Source of the DNA: Pseudobdellovibrionaceae bacterium
GTDB lineage: Bacteria; Bdellovibrionota; Bdellovibrionia; Bdellovibrionales; Bdellovibrionaceae
Direction of reading: 5' to 3'
DNA length: 64,000 bases
Assembly: GCA_039810425.1 (NCBI GenBank)
Contig: JBDHWW010000005.1
Coordinates: forward strand, 35,925-99,924
In this document: positions 36,763 through 47,329 of the stretch, piece after piece
How the letters are laid out: every line of letters starts with the position of its first letter
Numbering within the stretch: position 1 is the stretch's first letter
Notes under the pieces: generated by a model
What the model saw: only the letters and a program-made list of their open reading frames with translations
Told to the model about the DNA's origin: nothing
Database searches by the model: none
Translations under genes and position numbers: made by a program

Positions 36763-37779
36763 GTGCACTTTAGTTGTAAAATTTCAAACTCCATTCTGAC
36801 TTACCTTGAGGATCAAGGTGAGGATCTGTCAGTTCTTTATGAGCAACAGACGCCGCTCCCATTGGAGCTGATGCGGGACCCGTCCTACTGGATGAGTGCG
36901 CCCGATATGGAGTCTTTCTTGGAGTCCCTGCTGCGCCTGCCGCTGAAGGGCTCGGACAGCAACTTGCTTCAGAAAGTAGGCCATAGTGGCCCTGAGATTC
37001 GTGCGTGGGGAGTTCTCGATTCTGTGTTGAGAATGATGCCGAGACCTCAGGAAATTTTCAATCAGCCAGAGAGATTCCTTTCACACTTTATTTCTCCGGA
37101 ACCGCCTGTAGAAAATCTTCGCAGAGATGAGAGTTCGATCTCCTTTGATCTACCTCTGCCAGCAGAGCAATATCCCCACGTCACTATGTACCTGAAGGCG
37201 GCCTTTGAGTCGTTGCCGGTGTATGTGGGACAGACGCTGGCGACGTGCGAGTGGACCGGAATTCATTTGAAGCTCCATTGGTCCGAATCGCAGAAGTCAA
37301 TTTTCGAAATTGATCCTGGTCACCAGATCAGCCCACAGCTGATGCAATCGGTGATTGAGGAGTTGCAAAAGCACCAACGGGAATTGGAAGAGCGCAACTG
37401 TGAGCTACAGAAGAAAAATGAAGAGCTTCTTCAAGCGCACATGGACCTCCAGGCGCACCTGCGCGAGAAGGCTCCGTCCCTATTGCCACAAATTGGCCCT
37501 TTGTCGAATTTCGATTTTGAGAGTCAAGGCCCAGGTTACGTGATCGGTCAAAACACCGCACGTTTGCATGACTATATGGTTCGCGCCCAACAACTCGTGA
37601 CGATGCTCGCGGCCCAGGGGAAAATGACTCCTGGAGTGAAAGAGGCCATGAGGCGTGTCGACTGGGAGCACGTAAAAACCCAGTACCCTAAAACCATCTC
37701 GGACACTATGGACTCCCTGAGAGGTTTACAGGCACAACTCATACAAAAAAATAGCAAAGAGGAAGTTACAAATGTCTGA
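36763..37779 (+). CDS. Hypothetical signalling protein: sensor-like domain + coiled coil + degenerate HisKA-like helices
   Basis: GTG start; coiled coil [26 protein letters not shown]; overlaps the eno start by 8 bp. Confidence 0.7.
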   Translation: MHFSCKISNSILTYLEDQGEDLSVLYEQQTPLPLELMRDPSYWMSAPDMESFLESLLRLPLKGSDSNLLQKVGHSGPEIRAWGVLDSVLRMMPRPQEIFNQPERFLSHFISPEPPVENLRRDESSISFDLPLPAEQYPHVTMYLKAAFESLPVYVGQTLATCEWTGIHLKLHWSESQKSIFEIDPGHQISPQLMQSVIEELQKHQRELEERNCELQKKNEELLQAHMDLQAHLREKAPSLLPQIGPLSNFDFESQGPGYVIGQNTARLHDYMVRAQQLVTMLAAQGKMTPGVKEAMRRVDWEHVKTQYPKTISDTMDSLRGLQAQLIQKNSKEEVTNV

Positions 37780-39040
37780 GATTACGAATGTCGTTTCTCG
37801 TGAGATTTTAGATAGCCGTGGGAATCCAACAGTTGAAGTTGAAGTTCACACGAGCCTTGGCAGCATCGGCCGTGCGGCTGTGCCCTCGGGAGCTTCGACA
37901 GGCGCTCACGAAGCTTGCGAGCTTCGTGATGGCGACAAAAAACGCTTTCAAGGCAAAGGCGTTTTTAAAGCCGTAGACAATGTTCGTGAAAAGCTGGCTC
38001 CAGAGATCATGGGCTTGCCAGTGACCGATCAAGTTTACATCGACAAAATCTTGCGCGAAGTGGACGGCACTGAAAATAAATCAAATCTCGGGGCGAATGC
38101 AATCTTGGGGGTGTCTTTGGCAGTCGCGAAGGCCGCGGCTTTGGACGTGAAACTTCCACTCTACCGCTACGTTGGTGGGTCACAAGCTTGCCGTCTTCCC
38201 GTGCCTTTGATGAATCTTATCAATGGCGGCGTGCATGCCAATAACGGTATGGACGTGCAAGAGTTCATGATTGTGCCGACGGTGAACAACTCTTACGCCG
38301 AGTCCCTCCGTGCCGGAGCTGAGATCTTTCACACGCTGAAGAAAATCCTTGGTAAAAAAGGTCTCTCGACCGCAGTCGGTGATGAGGGGGGCTTCGCGCC
38401 GAAACTCGGTACAAACCAAGAGGCCTTGGATTTGCTGGTTGAAGCGATTCACGAAGCCGGCTACGAACCAGGCCAGAACGTGTTCTTGGCTTTGGATGTC
38501 GCGGCGACTGAAATGTACAAAGACGGCAAATACCAATGGCAAGGCAACTTGATCACGGCGAAAGAGCTGCAAGCTGTTTACAAATCGTGGTCTGAAAAAT
38601 ATCCGCTCGTTTCTATCGAAGACGGCTTCTCTGAGGATGACTGGGATGGTTGGGCCGCTACTACGGCCGAGCTGGGCTCACACTTACAACTCGTCGGTGA
38701 TGATTTGTTTGTGACGAATCCCAAACGTTTGCGCATAGGGATCGAAAAGAAAACGGCGAATGCGCTGCTTGTGAAAGTAAACCAAATCGGAACTTTGACA
38801 GAAACTTTTGAAGCCGTGAACCTGGCACAAAGAAATAAGTATAAAACGGTGATGTCCCACCGCTCCGGTGAAACAGAAGATACCACGATTGCGGATTTGG
38901 CCGTGGCTCTGAACTGTCAGCAAATCAAAACTGGCAGTTTGTGCCGTTCTGAACGGATCGCGAAGTACAACCAATTGCTGAGAATCGAAGAAGACCTCGC
39001 GGGCATGGGTATTTACTGGGATAAGGCCGCTTTCCGCTAG
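37772..39040 (+). CDS. eno: Enolase
   Basis: [42 protein letters not shown]. Confidence 0.99.
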   Translation: MSEITNVVSREILDSRGNPTVEVEVHTSLGSIGRAAVPSGASTGAHEACELRDGDKKRFQGKGVFKAVDNVREKLAPEIMGLPVTDQVYIDKILREVDGTENKSNLGANAILGVSLAVAKAAALDVKLPLYRYVGGSQACRLPVPLMNLINGGVHANNGMDVQEFMIVPTVNNSYAESLRAGAEIFHTLKKILGKKGLSTAVGDEGGFAPKLGTNQEALDLLVEAIHEAGYEPGQNVFLALDVAATEMYKDGKYQWQGNLITAKELQAVYKSWSEKYPLVSIEDGFSEDDWDGWAATTAELGSHLQLVGDDLFVTNPKRLRIGIEKKTANALLVKVNQIGTLTETFEAVNLAQRNKYKTVMSHRSGETEDTTIADLAVALNCQQIKTGSLCRSERIAKYNQLLRIEEDLAGMGIYWDKAAFR

Positions 39041-39060
39041 GGAAGGTTTTTGGAGGCGTC

Positions 39061-39531
39061 ATGTGGGGGCTTACGCAACCTTGGTGGGAATTCGTTCTTC
39101 GTGGCGCCATCATTTATGGCTTTGTTTTTATTCTCTTTAGGCTGACCAGCAAACGCCAAGTAGGTCAGCTCAGTCCCTTCGATCTGGTTCTTCTGCTTCT
39201 CATTGGCAATGCCGTTCAAAATTCGATGAATGCCGGCGATAACTCCATCACGGGCGGGTTGATTCTTTCAATTACTTTGGTCGCATTGAATGTGGGAGTT
39301 GATCGTCTGACCTATAGATCTAAGAAAGTACAGCAGTTCGTAGAAGGCAGCCCGAAAGTGCTAGTTCATAACGGCAAGATCAATCACGAGATGCTTGACC
39401 ATGAAAAGGTCACCATGCGCGACCTGGAACTCGCACTTCGCCAAGAAGGTGTTATGGATGCTTCTGTGGTTCGCTTTGCAATCCTTGAAAGCAATGGCCA
39501 GATTTCAGTGATCAGGAAAAATTCTAAATAA
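39061..39531 (+). CDS. DUF421/YetF-family membrane protein
   Basis: KRQVGQLSPFD, LR..G, AILESNGQISV. Confidence 0.9.
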   Translation: MWGLTQPWWEFVLRGAIIYGFVFILFRLTSKRQVGQLSPFDLVLLLLIGNAVQNSMNAGDNSITGGLILSITLVALNVGVDRLTYRSKKVQQFVEGSPKVLVHNGKINHEMLDHEKVTMRDLELALRQEGVMDASVVRFAILESNGQISVIRKNSK

Positions 39532-39581
39532 TCACCTTTGAAAAAGTTGAAGCTGCTCGTGCGCACTCTGAAGGCGCGGGC

Positions 39582-40889
39582 CTATTTGGCGGCTGAGAGA
39601 ATATCGTGGCCCGCCTGTTCGTAGAAGCCCTCTGCGCTCACGATCCGTGAACAGAGATTTGCGATCACAGAAGCCAGCATAAGGTATAAAATCACTTCAT
39701 GTGAATTGCTCATCTCAAGTACCAGGATAAATGACGTAAAGGGGGTGCGGGTAATTCCGGTCAGAAAAGCCACCATGCCCACGAGGATCATAAGCTTTGT
39801 GCTCGCAAAGCCCATCATCTCCGCGATGAGCTGTCCGAGTGCTGCACCACTAGATAAGGCCGGAGCAAACACCCCGCCGATGACGCCCGCAACGTACGTA
39901 AAGAAGTTTCCGCAGATACGTGCAAGAGGCAACAGGGGTGATGCCGCCGCATTCGGGCTCCGCAAAAGATCAATCATAAAGGCTTTTCCGGAACCGACGG
40001 TGGAAGGACCGAACAGCCAAATGCTCAAACTCAGCAAAAGTCCGCAAATCACCGTCATAGAGAGCTTGATCGCAAAGCTTTTTTCCCCACGCCACTTGGT
40101 AACACGGTAAAGGGATTCCGCAAAACCCGCTCCGATCACTCCCACAATCCCGGCAATGAAAATAGTTTGCACCAGAACTTCGGCCGGGAAATTGCCGAAC
40201 TTCGTATCGCCCAAATAGAGATAATTGCCCAAAAACAACTGTGCAAGGACCCCGGCAATAATCACCGACTGGAACACCGTTGTGCGAATCGCGCTAATGT
40301 GTGACTTCGAAAGCTCTTCAATCGCGAAAACGACGCCGCCCAAGGGGGTGTTGAAAGCCGAGGCTAAGCCGGCAGCGCCGCCGGCCAGAATCATGGCTTG
40401 CATTTGCGGTTTTGAAAAACGCTTCGGCCAGTATTTAGAGACTTGATAAAAAATCCCGGCAGAGACCTGCAGAGTTGGGCCTTCACGTCCGGTGACGCCA
40501 CCTCCAAGCACGCACAAACAAGAGCCGAGCATTTTGACAAAGATCATCGGAACACCTAGATAGCCCCTGAGGACCTTCTCGTTTGTATGTGATGGCGAGG
40601 AGGCTTCAACCGTCGCAATCACTTGTGGGATGCCGCTGCCGATGGATTCCTTTGAAAAGAAATAACCAACTAAAAACGAAGCCAGTAAGGCCAGCGGAGC
40701 CGTCCAAAGCAGAATGGGATCTGATGCATGTGCAAGCGCCCAGTCTTCACAGACTTTAAAAATCTTATTGAAGAGGACGGAGACGATGGCGGCTAAGCCA
40801 GCTGCGAGCCAAAAAGGGAGATTGAGGGCGACTTTCTCTCGTGCAGAGAGAATGCGGGGATCTTTCAGAATTTGATGAGGTGTCAGCAT
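39582..40889 (-). CDS. ClC-family chloride channel/transporter
   Basis: GSGIP, GREGP, AFNTPLGG, GGVFAP; start at ATG 40889 preferred over 40937. Confidence 0.92.
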   Translation of the reverse strand: MLTPHQILKDPRILSAREKVALNLPFWLAAGLAAIVSVLFNKIFKVCEDWALAHASDPILLWTAPLALLASFLVGYFFSKESIGSGIPQVIATVEASSPSHTNEKVLRGYLGVPMIFVKMLGSCLCVLGGGVTGREGPTLQVSAGIFYQVSKYWPKRFSKPQMQAMILAGGAAGLASAFNTPLGGVVFAIEELSKSHISAIRTTVFQSVIIAGVLAQLFLGNYLYLGDTKFGNFPAEVLVQTIFIAGIVGVIGAGFAESLYRVTKWRGEKSFAIKLSMTVICGLLLSLSIWLFGPSTVGSGKAFMIDLLRSPNAAASPLLPLARICGNFFTYVAGVIGGVFAPALSSGAALGQLIAEMMGFASTKLMILVGMVAFLTGITRTPFTSFILVLEMSNSHEVILYLMLASVIANLCSRIVSAEGFYEQAGHDILSAAK

Positions 40890-40982
40890 TCGAATGAAAA
40901 TATCACTGACAAAATCGATGCGCACAGCCCTGCGCATCGAAACGGCGCGTTAGCAATTCCGTTATTTTCATTTGCTGGACCT

Positions 40983-41159
40983 TTAGGTGGGTTTGCGAAA
41001 GTACTTCACAGCCCGAAGTAAGTTGGGAGGAAGACAACCCCTAGTCCGAGCAATGCGAAAAAGATCGGTGCCGAGAAAGACGCGCTGACAGGGTATTCAA
41101 CATTCAGATGCCATCCCAGCCCTTAAACCATAAGACCAAAAGATGTCGACTTGAACCAT
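40983..41159 (-). pseudogene. Probable remnant of a membrane-protein gene
   Basis: Strong RBS GAGGAGGAG then MVQVDIFWSYGL... stopping at 41097; another frame gives a hydrophobic APIFFALLGLGVVFLPTYFGL. Confidence 0.4.
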
Positions 41160-41197
41160 TTTCCAAACTCCTCCTCATAGAGGGTTATCTCTGGCTT

Positions 41198-41213
41198 TGG
41201 CCCAGGTGTTGCT
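41198..41213 (+). promoter_or_regulatory. Putative sigma54 promoter
   Basis: TGGCCC-AGGTG-TTGCT upstream of 41321. Confidence 0.55.
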
Positions 41214-41320
41214 TTAAAAGTAGTCAACTGTTGCCCGGGACACCCTAGGGATTATCATAGGGTTATACGCTGTCAAACTCTTGGGCGCCAAAGTAAAAGA
41301 TTCAATTCTCGGGAGAGACT

Positions 41321-42133
41321 ATGAAGCTCTATGGATTCTTAGCGGTTTTGATACTCGGGCTTGGTCAAGCGCAAGCAAAAACAGTTCTGATCTCGGATAT
41401 TGATGATTCAATAAAGAACTCTCATGTTTTAAGCACGACAGATGCCCTTTTCAATGCTGGAAAAACTCAAAATCTCGTTCTTGGAATGAACGCACTTTAT
41501 CAGGCGGTCTCACATGCGGAATCTGATATGAAGTTCTACTATGTGACGAATGCCCCGAAGTCTTTCATGCAGAAGAATCATCGCAACTTCTTGGCCCGCA
41601 ATGAGTTCCCACCCGGCAGTCTTCGGTTGCGCGAAAGCCTTTTTCAATCTGACTTCAAAGTGACTGAGATTCGTAAAATATTGAAGGCGGAAAAGCCGGA
41701 GTTTGCAATTTTGGTGGGCGACAACGGCGAAAAGGATGTTTACGTCTATGAACAAATCGTTAAAGAGTTTCCGAATACTTCGTTCCTGACTTACATTCGC
41801 ATTGCCTACTCTGGGTGGAGCGACGATGAAGAAGGAGTTGCGATCCGGCCGGGTCAAACAGGTTTTGTCTCGGCACTGGATTTGATGCTTCAACTGCGCC
41901 ACGAAGGTTTTGTGGCGCCTGCGGACGCGGCTAGTTTTGTACGTGCTTTTGTTTCGGTTTACGCCAACGAAGTTGAAACGGAAAATGATGGGGCTCAGGC
42001 GTTGCCTGGATGGTCCGACTGCCGTGACTTTAAGTGGACGGCACCGGACGCGGAGGAGCGCTTAACTCCGGGATATATTGCTGCAAAAGAGAGAATTGAA
42101 GAGCGTTGTATGATCGCTCCGTTCGAGGACTAG
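41321..42133 (+). CDS. Secreted App1/DUF2183-like HAD phosphatase
   Basis: ISDIDDSIK and LVGDNGEKD motifs; signal peptide. Confidence 0.8.
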   Translation: MKLYGFLAVLILGLGQAQAKTVLISDIDDSIKNSHVLSTTDALFNAGKTQNLVLGMNALYQAVSHAESDMKFYYVTNAPKSFMQKNHRNFLARNEFPPGSLRLRESLFQSDFKVTEIRKILKAEKPEFAILVGDNGEKDVYVYEQIVKEFPNTSFLTYIRIAYSGWSDDEEGVAIRPGQTGFVSALDLMLQLRHEGFVAPADAASFVRAFVSVYANEVETENDGAQALPGWSDCRDFKWTAPDAEERLTPGYIAAKERIEERCMIAPFED

Positions 42134-42180
42134 ACTTTCAGCGCGTTGATTCCAGGGTTTTGCGGGCGTACCTTTAAAGT

Positions 42181-42486
42181 ATGTCTGTTCGTAAAATGGC
42201 TATTTCATTTCGCAGCTTTCTGAATCACCCTGGAAAAGTCGCCTTCGTCTGCATGGTTTTTTTCGCGACAACTTTGATGATGAATGGGTTGTTGTGGCGT
42301 TTGTGGGGGCTACATCGAGATTTTGAAAGATTAACGGTTGAAATCACCGGGACAAAATCTGATATCGAAAAACTCAATGGGCAACTCAAGCAGGCGAAAG
42401 ACCCCAGTTTTATCGAACGCCAAGCTCGCGATAAATTAGACCTTGTGAGCGAAAAAGACCTCGTCTTCGTATTTCCCGAACAGTAA
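42181..42486 (+). CDS. ftsB: Septum formation initiator (FtsB/DivIC family)
   Basis: TM + coiled coil + DPSFIERQARDKLDLV...DLVF. Confidence 0.85.
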   Translation: MSVRKMAISFRSFLNHPGKVAFVCMVFFATTLMMNGLLWRLWGLHRDFERLTVEITGTKSDIEKLNGQLKQAKDPSFIERQARDKLDLVSEKDLVFVFPEQ

Positions 42487-42595
42487 GCGCTGCGGCATTT
42501 TTGTTGCGGTGTCACGTGCCAGAGGCCTCCTGCAAAACTAGGATGTGAGCTCTAAATTTTCTGATTTTTTTAATGAAATCAGGGAGGTTATACAA

Positions 42596-42904
42596 ATGGC
42601 TTCAAATACGGCCGATGCTTCTATCACCCTTCATAAAGATGCAATTAAGTCTCTTCGTCTTCGTCTTGGTTGGAGCCAGGCGGATTTGGCTCGCCGTCTT
42701 TCTTGTGCTTCAACAGAAATTGAGTTGTGGGAAAACGGTTCCGGTTCTCCTGCGGCGAAATTTCTTAGCGAATTATTTTTGATCGAAAAACAAGCCGATG
42801 CTTGCAGCCATGAAGTTCATGCTTTGCCGCTTGCTGAAACTCTGTGCGATCAAAAAGCACTGGGCCAGATCGAGTTCTCTGAAATCAAAGAAGATATTGA
42901 ATAG
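42596..42904 (+). CDS. XRE-family HTH regulator
   Basis: GGAGG RBS; IKSLRLRLGWSQADLARRL...IELWENG. Confidence 0.85.
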   Translation: MASNTADASITLHKDAIKSLRLRLGWSQADLARRLSCASTEIELWENGSGSPAAKFLSELFLIEKQADACSHEVHALPLAETLCDQKALGQIEFSEIKEDIE

Positions 42905-42932
42905 CCTCTCAGAGTCCAATATAGGTAAATCC

Positions 42933-45584
42933 ATGAAAAAGAAGATTTACCTCGTTGATGTGAGCTCGATGTTCTTTCGTGCTTACTACGCTATTCGCCC
43001 GCTCACAACCCCCGCAGGGGTTCCCGTTAACGCCGTCTATGGTTTCCTGTCGATGGTGACAAAGCTGTTTAAAGAAGAAAAACCAGACTACATGGTTTTC
43101 ACTTACGATCGTAAAGAGCCTTCTTTCCGTAAAAACCTTTATGCTGAATACAAGGCCAATAGGACAGCGATGCCGGATGATTTGGCGGTGCAAATTCCTT
43201 ACATCAAAAAACTTGCGGACTATCTTGGGATCCCGGCACTCGAAGTCCCGGACTATGAAGCTGACGATATCATCGGGACGCTGGTTCACCTTGGCTTGAA
43301 ACATCATAACGAAGTGGTGATTGTCAGCGGAGATAAGGATTTTGGCCAGCTGATTCAAAAACACGTCGTACTTTTTGATACAATGAAAGACGTAAAGTAC
43401 GACGAGGCCGGCGTGCTTGAGAAGTGGGGCGTCCCGCCGGAGAAGTTCATCGACTACTTGGCGATCATGGGCGATAGCTCGGATAACGTACCCGGCGTAG
43501 ATGGTATTGGCCCCAAGGGCGCGCAAAAACTTTTGCAGCAATTCAGTTCAGTGGAAGATATCTACGAAAATATCGACAAGGTCGAGCCCAAAGGCATTCG
43601 CGAGAAGCTGATTAAATCGAAAGACAATGCGTTTCTTTCGAAGACGCTGGTGACGATTTCGACGGATGTTCCCGTCAGTGATAACTTTGAAGACTACCAC
43701 TTAAAGCAAATTCAAGCCGACAACCTGCGTGCGCTGCTACAAGAGCTGAACTTCAAATCTTTTGAAAAAACTTTGCTCGGAGGACACGACGGTGCCGGCA
43801 GTTTGCATGACAGTATTCACGGCAGCAAACCAAGTACAGCGACGGTCGGCGAACCTGTCGGGGCGAAAGGGCCTGTTGCGCACGCTCAGAAAAGCCAAGA
43901 AGTTGAAGGTCCGGGTGAGATTAAGATTGCAACCTTAAGCTCCGAAGTCATGGAAAAGGTCGAAAGGTATCTGAATATCAAGGAAACAGTGATCAGCGCG
44001 GAAGCATTGCTTGCGAAGCTTCATGATAAAGATGCTTTGTGGGGCTTTGCGGATGAGCGGGGCTTGTTTATTGGCCGCGATGTGGAGCTTTGGGCTATTG
44101 AAGGCGGCTATGAGGCCCTCGGCCCAGGCACGGATGCCAAACACATTCAATGGTCCGGCTTTGATCTGAAAACATTTTTCCACCAAATTAAATCTGATCA
44201 CCCAAAAGTTGCTTGGGACTCTTCACTGGCTGCGTATGTGGTGCGTGCCGGTGACAGCACGGACTTTAACGATATCTATAAGAAGTTTATCGGCACGACG
44301 TTGCCGGAATTCGCGACGCCGGCGCAGGTTTTCAAGGCGCATGTGGAATTGCAGCACGTCTTGCAGGACCGCCTGGGGCTTTTTGCCGGGGAAAAGATCG
44401 TGAACGAGCTGGAGTTGCCCTTGGTCCCCGTGCTTTTGCGTATGGAAAACAAAGGCATTCGTATCGATGTCGAGTCTTTGCAAGTTCAATCCGCAGAGCT
44501 CACGGAAGAAATCGCCGCCCTTGAAAAAGAGATTCAGCAGTTGGCGGGCGAGACCTTCAATGTCGGTAGCCCGAAACAGCTCGGTGTGATTTTGTTTGAG
44601 AAGATGAATCTGCCATCCGGGAAAAAGACGAAAACAGGTTACTCTACCGGTGAGGATGTGTTGGAAAAAATCGAACATCCGATTGCGCGAAAGATTCTGC
44701 AATGGCGTGAGCTTTCGAAATTAAAATCGACCTACGTAGATGCCTTGCCGGAAATTATGATGCCGGATGGACGGGTGCATACGAACTTTAACCAGGCTCT
44801 GACAACGACAGGCCGCCTTTCAAGTACGCAGCCGAATTTGCAGAATATTCCGGTTCGCACCCAGCGCGGTCAGCGCGTTCGTCAGGCGTTCATCGCCGAT
44901 AGAGGCAAGAAACTGCTTTCGATGGACTACTCGCAAATTGAACTGCGTATTTTGGCGCATATTTCTGATGATCCCGGATTGTTGAAAGCTTTCCGCGAAG
45001 GCTTAGATATTCACGCGGCCACTGCTGCTGAAATCTTTAATGTGGATCTTAAGGGCGTCACCAGTGATCAGCGCCGAAGCGCAAAGGCGGTAAACTTCGG
45101 TATAGCCTATGGCCAGGGTGCATTTGGTTTGGCGGAGAACCTTGGTATTCCGAATAAAGAAGCTAAAGAGATCATCGAGCGTTATTTCACGAAATTTGCG
45201 GGCGTGCGCGAGTACATAAATAATACGGTGAAGCTTGCGCATGAAAATGGCTACGTGGAAACTTTGTTTGGGCGCCGTCGCTACATCGAAGAACTGAACT
45301 CAAAGAATCCAATGCTTAGAAAGTTCGGAGAGCGCGCGGCGATTAATGCGCCTATCCAGGGGACGGCCAGTGATCTTGTAAAAAAAGCAATGATCGACAT
45401 TGGCGAGAATGTGCCGCTGGACATGCTTTTACAAGTGCATGATGAATTGATTTTTGAAGGAACCGAGTCCGCGCTTCAGCAGCAAGTGCCTGCATTGGTC
45501 ACGATCATGGAAAATGTCATGCAGTTGAAAGTGCCGCTCAAAGTGAACTACGCGATAGGCAATAACTGGGACGAGGCCCACTAA
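42933..45584 (+). CDS. polA: DNA polymerase I
   Basis: 5'-3' exonuclease (YKANR, EADD, GDKD) and polymerase motifs DYSQIELR, K.VNFG..YG, QVHDE; middle 3'-5' exonuclease region looks degenerate. Confidence 0.97.
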   Translation: MKKKIYLVDVSSMFFRAYYAIRPLTTPAGVPVNAVYGFLSMVTKLFKEEKPDYMVFTYDRKEPSFRKNLYAEYKANRTAMPDDLAVQIPYIKKLADYLGIPALEVPDYEADDIIGTLVHLGLKHHNEVVIVSGDKDFGQLIQKHVVLFDTMKDVKYDEAGVLEKWGVPPEKFIDYLAIMGDSSDNVPGVDGIGPKGAQKLLQQFSSVEDIYENIDKVEPKGIREKLIKSKDNAFLSKTLVTISTDVPVSDNFEDYHLKQIQADNLRALLQELNFKSFEKTLLGGHDGAGSLHDSIHGSKPSTATVGEPVGAKGPVAHAQKSQEVEGPGEIKIATLSSEVMEKVERYLNIKETVISAEALLAKLHDKDALWGFADERGLFIGRDVELWAIEGGYEALGPGTDAKHIQWSGFDLKTFFHQIKSDHPKVAWDSSLAAYVVRAGDSTDFNDIYKKFIGTTLPEFATPAQVFKAHVELQHVLQDRLGLFAGEKIVNELELPLVPVLLRMENKGIRIDVESLQVQSAELTEEIAALEKEIQQLAGETFNVGSPKQLGVILFEKMNLPSGKKTKTGYSTGEDVLEKIEHPIARKILQWRELSKLKSTYVDALPEIMMPDGRVHTNFNQALTTTGRLSSTQPNLQNIPVRTQRGQRVRQAFIADRGKKLLSMDYSQIELRILAHISDDPGLLKAFREGLDIHAATAAEIFNVDLKGVTSDQRRSAKAVNFGIAYGQGAFGLAENLGIPNKEAKEIIERYFTKFAGVREYINNTVKLAHENGYVETLFGRRRYIEELNSKNPMLRKFGERAAINAPIQGTASDLVKKAMIDIGENVPLDMLLQVHDELIFEGTESALQQQVPALVTIMENVMQLKVPLKVNYAIGNNWDEAH

Positions 45585-45624
45585 CGGACAACGGACAGGC
45601 GCTTTTTATTCCCGCCCGGAGTCC

Positions 45625-46272
45625 TTACTCAGTATCCCAGCCGACGACGCGGCCACCTTCAAAGTACACCAAGCGTTTTTGCTGGTGGAAGCCATCAGAG
45701 CCGGGAACATTTCGCAGGTATTTCCAGCGCTCGTTTTTGTAAACCGGGTTGCCTGAAACTTCGACAGCGACCGGGTCCCCCCAAGCACGGCGAACGTATT
45801 CCATCGGCATTCCCACCGCGATATCTTGTGAGTCAATCAGCTCTTTCATGCGCGATACCGGAACGCGGGCGCGGCTCCAGATATTGTTGCGATTAATCCA
45901 GGCCTGACGGCCTTCAAGGGACGGAATATTCAGCAAGTCGATTTTTTCGGCGTCGTCCTTGAGCCACGGAAGCACTTTAGAATATTGCTCTTTCGCTTGA
46001 CGTGAATCGAGAGTTTTTTCAAGTTCGCGCAATTGACGGCGTTGTTGAACTTGCAGGGCTTCTTCGCTCGACATATTAGACGGATTAAAACCCATTTCAT
46101 AAGCGGTTCGGGTTGTTTCTGAATCCGTACCGCCGCTAGAAGCTTGGGTGAAACTGTAAGTCGTCACCACTTTTGGCGTGCGGCTCGCATAACCGCTGTT
46201 CACGGATCTCTGAAATTGAGCGCATGCGCCCAAGGCCAATGGCAAAACAACCAGCAAAGAGTACGACTTCAT
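45625..46272 (-). CDS. Lipoprotein with SmpA/OmlA-like C-terminus
   Basis: Lipobox LGA-C; GM..EYV..AWG.P, W.Y, VYFEGGRVVGW. Confidence 0.75.
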   Translation of the reverse strand: MKSYSLLVVLPLALGACAQFQRSVNSGYASRTPKVVTTYSFTQASSGGTDSETTRTAYEMGFNPSNMSSEEALQVQQRRQLRELEKTLDSRQAKEQYSKVLPWLKDDAEKIDLLNIPSLEGRQAWINRNNIWSRARVPVSRMKELIDSQDIAVGMPMEYVRRAWGDPVAVEVSGNPVYKNERWKYLRNVPGSDGFHQQKRLVYFEGGRVVGWDTE

Positions 46273-46378
46273 GAGATTCTCCTCTTAGATAGTTTACCCA
46301 TGGTAGGGCTGGATTAGAATATTCTTGCGAGGGGGAACCTCCATTCCTTACAATAGTCAGGTATCCACAAGGAAAAAA

Positions 46379-47329
46379 ATGGCGAACCCGACAGATCAAA
46401 GCCCGACAAAGGACCAGGCCGAAGACCAAGAAGGCAATTTGAGTTTAGAACAACTCGAAAGCATGATCTTGGCTGAGGCGCCGGATTTTGCCGAGGACTT
46501 GAAGACCGTCAAGTCGTTGCCTTCGGACGGCAGCATTGATTTGGATGTCGTTGACACCGGTCAGTTGATCCCGTCTGATGAAAATCCCTGGCATCATCCG
46601 ATCGGAGTTCGCAAGTTTCTCGTGATGATCATGCCTTTTCTGCCGAAGCTTTGGGATTTTCAGCATCATTTTTTCTCGAATTTGTATTTGTACCGCACGC
46701 GCATGCAAGTTTTCGTTCGAGAGCTCGGGCCACGAACTCTGCAGGGCTTAAAATCCGGTGTTAAAGCCACCGCCGAAATTTCGAGGCAAAAGATAGGGGC
46801 CTTCAAGAGCTTGACTTGGCCATTGAAGATCGTCGCTGTTTGTTTGATTGTTGCGTGTGGCTTTACGGCTTTCTTTGTCTATCGAAGTGCGACCCGCGGG
46901 GTCTTGCCAGGGGATGAGGAATTCTTGATCGCGAGCCTTGAGGAGTGGTCCACGCAGGCTTACAAATACGATACGGAAACCGAGATGGATTCTTTCTATG
47001 ATTCTCCACGCACGATTCAAAACATCATGGCGTTACCGAAGATGATTGTGAATGTCCGGCCGTCGCCGGGATCGGGACCAAACCCGATGGCGGCCATGGA
47101 GTTTTTTTTAGAAGGCCTCAGCCCGGAAGCGATTGTTGAGGTCAAAGACCGCGAAACGGAAATTCGCGATCTTTTCCAAAGAACTTTAGAAGAGCTGAGC
47201 TATGGCGATCTCGATTCGGCCGAGGGCAAACAGCAACTGACAGAAAAACTGCGGCAGGCTTTGAACATGAATCTGACAAAGGGAAAAATCCGCCGCGTTT
47301 TTATCAAAGAACTGGTTCTGAAGCCTTAG
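46379..47329 (+). CDS. fliL: FliL-family protein with long N-terminal extension
   Basis: Single TM then L..MIVNV...IRD...LDSAEGKQQL...LN..L..GKIRRVFI. Confidence 0.7.
   Translation: MANPTDQSPTKDQAEDQEGNLSLEQLESMILAEAPDFAEDLKTVKSLPSDGSIDLDVVDTGQLIPSDENPWHHPIGVRKFLVMIMPFLPKLWDFQHHFFSNLYLYRTRMQVFVRELGPRTLQGLKSGVKATAEISRQKIGAFKSLTWPLKIVAVCLIVACGFTAFFVYRSATRGVLPGDEEFLIASLEEWSTQAYKYDTETEMDSFYDSPRTIQNIMALPKMIVNVRPSPGSGPNPMAAMEFFLEGLSPEAIVEVKDRETEIRDLFQRTLEELSYGDLDSAEGKQQLTEKLRQALNMNLTKGKIRRVFIKELVLKP

Noticed and set aside
42798..42932. N-terminal extension of PolA in the ORF track
   Set aside because: It overlaps the XRE gene; PolA similarity begins at ATG 42933 (MKKKIYLVD).
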